Source of the DNA: Eledone cirrhosa
Taxonomy: Eukaryota
Length of the DNA stretch: 64,000 nucleotides
Reading direction: 5' to 3'
NCBI GenBank assembly: GCA_964016885.1
Contig: CAXHJY010001551.1
Location: 62,001 to 126,000, forward strand
Both the position numbers and the translations under genes were made by a program. This document shows positions 62,151-64,000 of this stretch, piece after piece; position 1 is the first letter of the stretch; every line of letters starts with the position of its first letter. Below the pieces are notes generated by a model that worked only from the letters and a program-made list of their open reading frames with translations, did not search any database and was not told where the DNA came from.

Positions 62151-64000
62151 GCTAAGCTAAGCTAAGCTATCCTAAGCTAAGCTAAGCTAAGCTATCCTAA
62201 GCTAAGCTAAGCTAAGCTATCCTAAGCTAAGCTAAGCTAAGCTTTCCTAAGCTATCCTAAGCTAAGCTATCCTAAGCTAAGCTAAGCTAAGCTATCCTAA
62301 GCTAAGCTAAGCTATCCTAAGCTAAGCTAAGCTAAGCTATCCTAAGCTAAGCTATCCTAAGCTATCCTAAGCTAAGCTATCCTAAGCTATCCTAAGCTAA
62401 GCTATCCTAAGCTAAGCTATCCTAAGCTAAGCTTAGCTAAGCTATCCTAAGCTAAGCTAAGCTAAGCTATCCTAAGCTAAGCTAAGCTAAGTTATGCTAA
62501 GCTATCCTAAGCTATCCTAAGCTAAGCTATCCTAAGCTATCCTAAGCTAAGCTATCCTAAGCTAAGCTATCCTAAGCTAAGCTATCCTAAGCTATCCTAA
62601 GCTAAGCTATCCTAAGCTATCCTAAGCTAAGCTATCCTAAACTATCCTAAGCTAAGCTAAGCTAAGCTATCCTAAGCTAAGCTAAGCTAAGCTATCCTAA
62701 GCTAAGCTAAGCTAAGCTATCCTAAGCTAAGCTAAGCTAAGCTATCCTAAGCTAAGCTAAGCTAAGCTATCCTAAGCTCTCCTAAGCTAAGCTATCCTAA
62801 GCTAAGCTATCCTAAGCTAAGCTATCCTAAGCTATCCTAAGCTAAGCTTTCCTAAGCTAAGCTCTCCTAAGGTAAGCTATCCTAAGCTATCCTAAGCTAA
62901 GCTATCCTAAGCTATCCTAAGCTCAGCTAAGCTAAGCTATCCTAAGCTAAGCTAAGCTAAGCTATCCTAAGCTAAGCTAAGCTAAGCTATCCTAAGCTAA
63001 GCTAAGCTAAGCTATCCTAAGCTAAGCTAAGCTAAGCTATCCTAAGCTAAGCTAAGCTAAGCTCTCCTAAGCTAAGCTAAGCTAAGCTATCCTAAGCTAA
63101 GCTAAGCTAAGCTATCCTAAGCTAAGCTAAGCTATCCTAAGCTAAGCTAAGCTATCCTAAGCTAAGCTAAGCTAAGCTATCCTAAGCTAAGCTAAGCTAA
63201 GCTATCCTAAGCTAAGCTAAGCTAAGCTATCCTAAGCTAAGCTAAGCTATCCTAAGCTAAGCTAAGCTAAGCTAAGCTAAGCTATCCTAAGCTAAGCTAT
63301 CCTAAGCTAAGCTAAGCTAAGCTATCCTAAGCTAAGCTAAGCTAAGCTATCCTAAGCTAAGCTAAGCTATCCTAAGCTAATCTAAGCTAAGCTATCCTAA
63401 GCTAAGCTAAGCTAAGCTATCCTAAGCTAAGCTAAGCTAAGCTATCCTAAGCTATCCTAAGCTAAGCTAAGCTAAGCTATCCTAAGCTAAGCTAAGCTAA
63501 GCTATCCTAAGCTAAGCTAAGCTAAGCTATCCTAAGCTAAGCTAAGCTATCCTAAGCTAAGCTAAGCTAAGCTATCCTAAGCTAAGCTAAGCTAAGCTAT
63601 CCTAAGCTAAGCTAAGCTAAGCTATCCTAACTAAGCTAAGCTATCCTAAGCTAAGCTATCCTAAGCTATCCTAAGCTAAGCTATCCTAAGCTATCCTAAG
63701 CTAAGCTAAGCTAAGCTAACCTAAGCTAAGCTATCCTAAGCTAAGCTATCCTAAGCTAAGCTATCCTAAGCTAAGCTAAGCTAAGCTATCCTAAGCTAAG
63801 CTAAGCTAAGCTATCCTAAGCTAATCTAAGCTAAGCTATCCTAAGCTAAGCTAAGCTAAGCTATCCTAAGCTAAGCTAAGCTATCCTAAGCTAAGCTAAG
63901 CTATCCTAAGCTAAGCTAAGCTAAGCTATCCTAAGCTAAGCTAAGCCAAGCTATCCTAAGCTAAGCTAAGCTAAGCTAAGCTATCCTAAGCTATCCTAAG

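Larger units (their letters stand above)
1..64000. repeat. Pentameric satellite array (CTAAG)1-7(CTATC); minus strand (TTAGC)n TTAGG ATAGC; extends beyond both window edges
   Basis: The entire window parses into 5-bp units CTAAG/CTATC plus rare variants. The register shifts only at 26 one-base deletions. The start register (units begin at 2 mod 5) and end register (1 mod 5) agree with that count. No non-repeat sequence or orientation switch was seen. Confidence 0.99.

Noticed and set aside
1-64000. Protein-coding ORFs or a repetitive protein gene
   Set aside because: The period of 5 is coprime with 3, so TAA (plus strand) and TAG (minus strand) stops fall in every frame within tens of bases. 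The rare ATGs in CTATG and CTAAT-GTAAG variants lead nowhere.
1-64000. CRISPR array or other repeat-spacer system
   Set aside because: There are no unique spacers, leader or cas genes. Sequence between recurring cassettes is the same pentamer satellite.
1-64000. Canonical, actively telomerase-made (TTAGG)n telomere or G-quadruplex tract
   Set aside because: TTAGG is a dispersed minority word, not a tandem tract, and GG runs are only two long and 10-25 bp apart. Multi-kb blocks share point mutations, which indicates recombinational copying rather than fresh synthesis.
1-64000. A/B string as a deliberate binary code or synthetic data-storage DNA
   Set aside because: The pattern is explained by nested duplications with inherited point mutations, as in natural satellites. 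No framing, index or primer-like sequence is visible.
1-64000. Pure sequencing or assembly artefact
   Set aside because: Variants recur in conserved order at exact offsets, copies carry private differences, and random indels are nearly absent. Exact copy number of individual duplications still needs read support.
1-64000. Embedded transposon or telomere-specific retroelement (SART/TRAS-like), or a large inversion
   Set aside because: There is no non-satellite sequence, poly(A) tail or target-site duplication. CTTAG occurs only as single units, never as an inverted tract.

Overview
The whole 64 kb window is one uninterrupted, single-orientation pentamer satellite array of about 12,800 units at about 40% GC. 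It is built from two main units, A = CTAAG and B = CTATC, arranged as (A)1-7 B blocks, mostly 25 bp A4B, 20 bp A3B and 25 bp AB-A2B. The minus strand reads (TTAGC)n-TTAGG-ATAGC, so it contains the canonical arthropod telomere word TTAGG once per block. I see no genes, RNA genes, transposons, CRISPR spacers or unique sequence, and the organism cannot be identified from this window. Rare variant units (CTAC 1-bp deletion, CTCTC-CTAAG-GTAAG, CTGTC, CTACG-TTAAG, CTTAG and others) act as barcodes. They reveal a nested higher-order structure: two interleaved subfamilies with ~1.6-2.8 kb modules, tandem duplications of ~3.4, ~3.6, ~6.2 and ~8.7 kb, a ~1.6 kb block copied ~5.2 kb away, and an ~18 kb block repeated ~30.6-34.3 kb downstream. 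The most notable points are the quasi-palindromic main unit (hairpin/cruciform potential, with regular interruptions) and a possible origin from a telomeric repeat. Marker positions were read by eye and duplication boundaries are approximate (about +/-100-200 bp). I found no evidence for a novel protein- or RNA-coding system.
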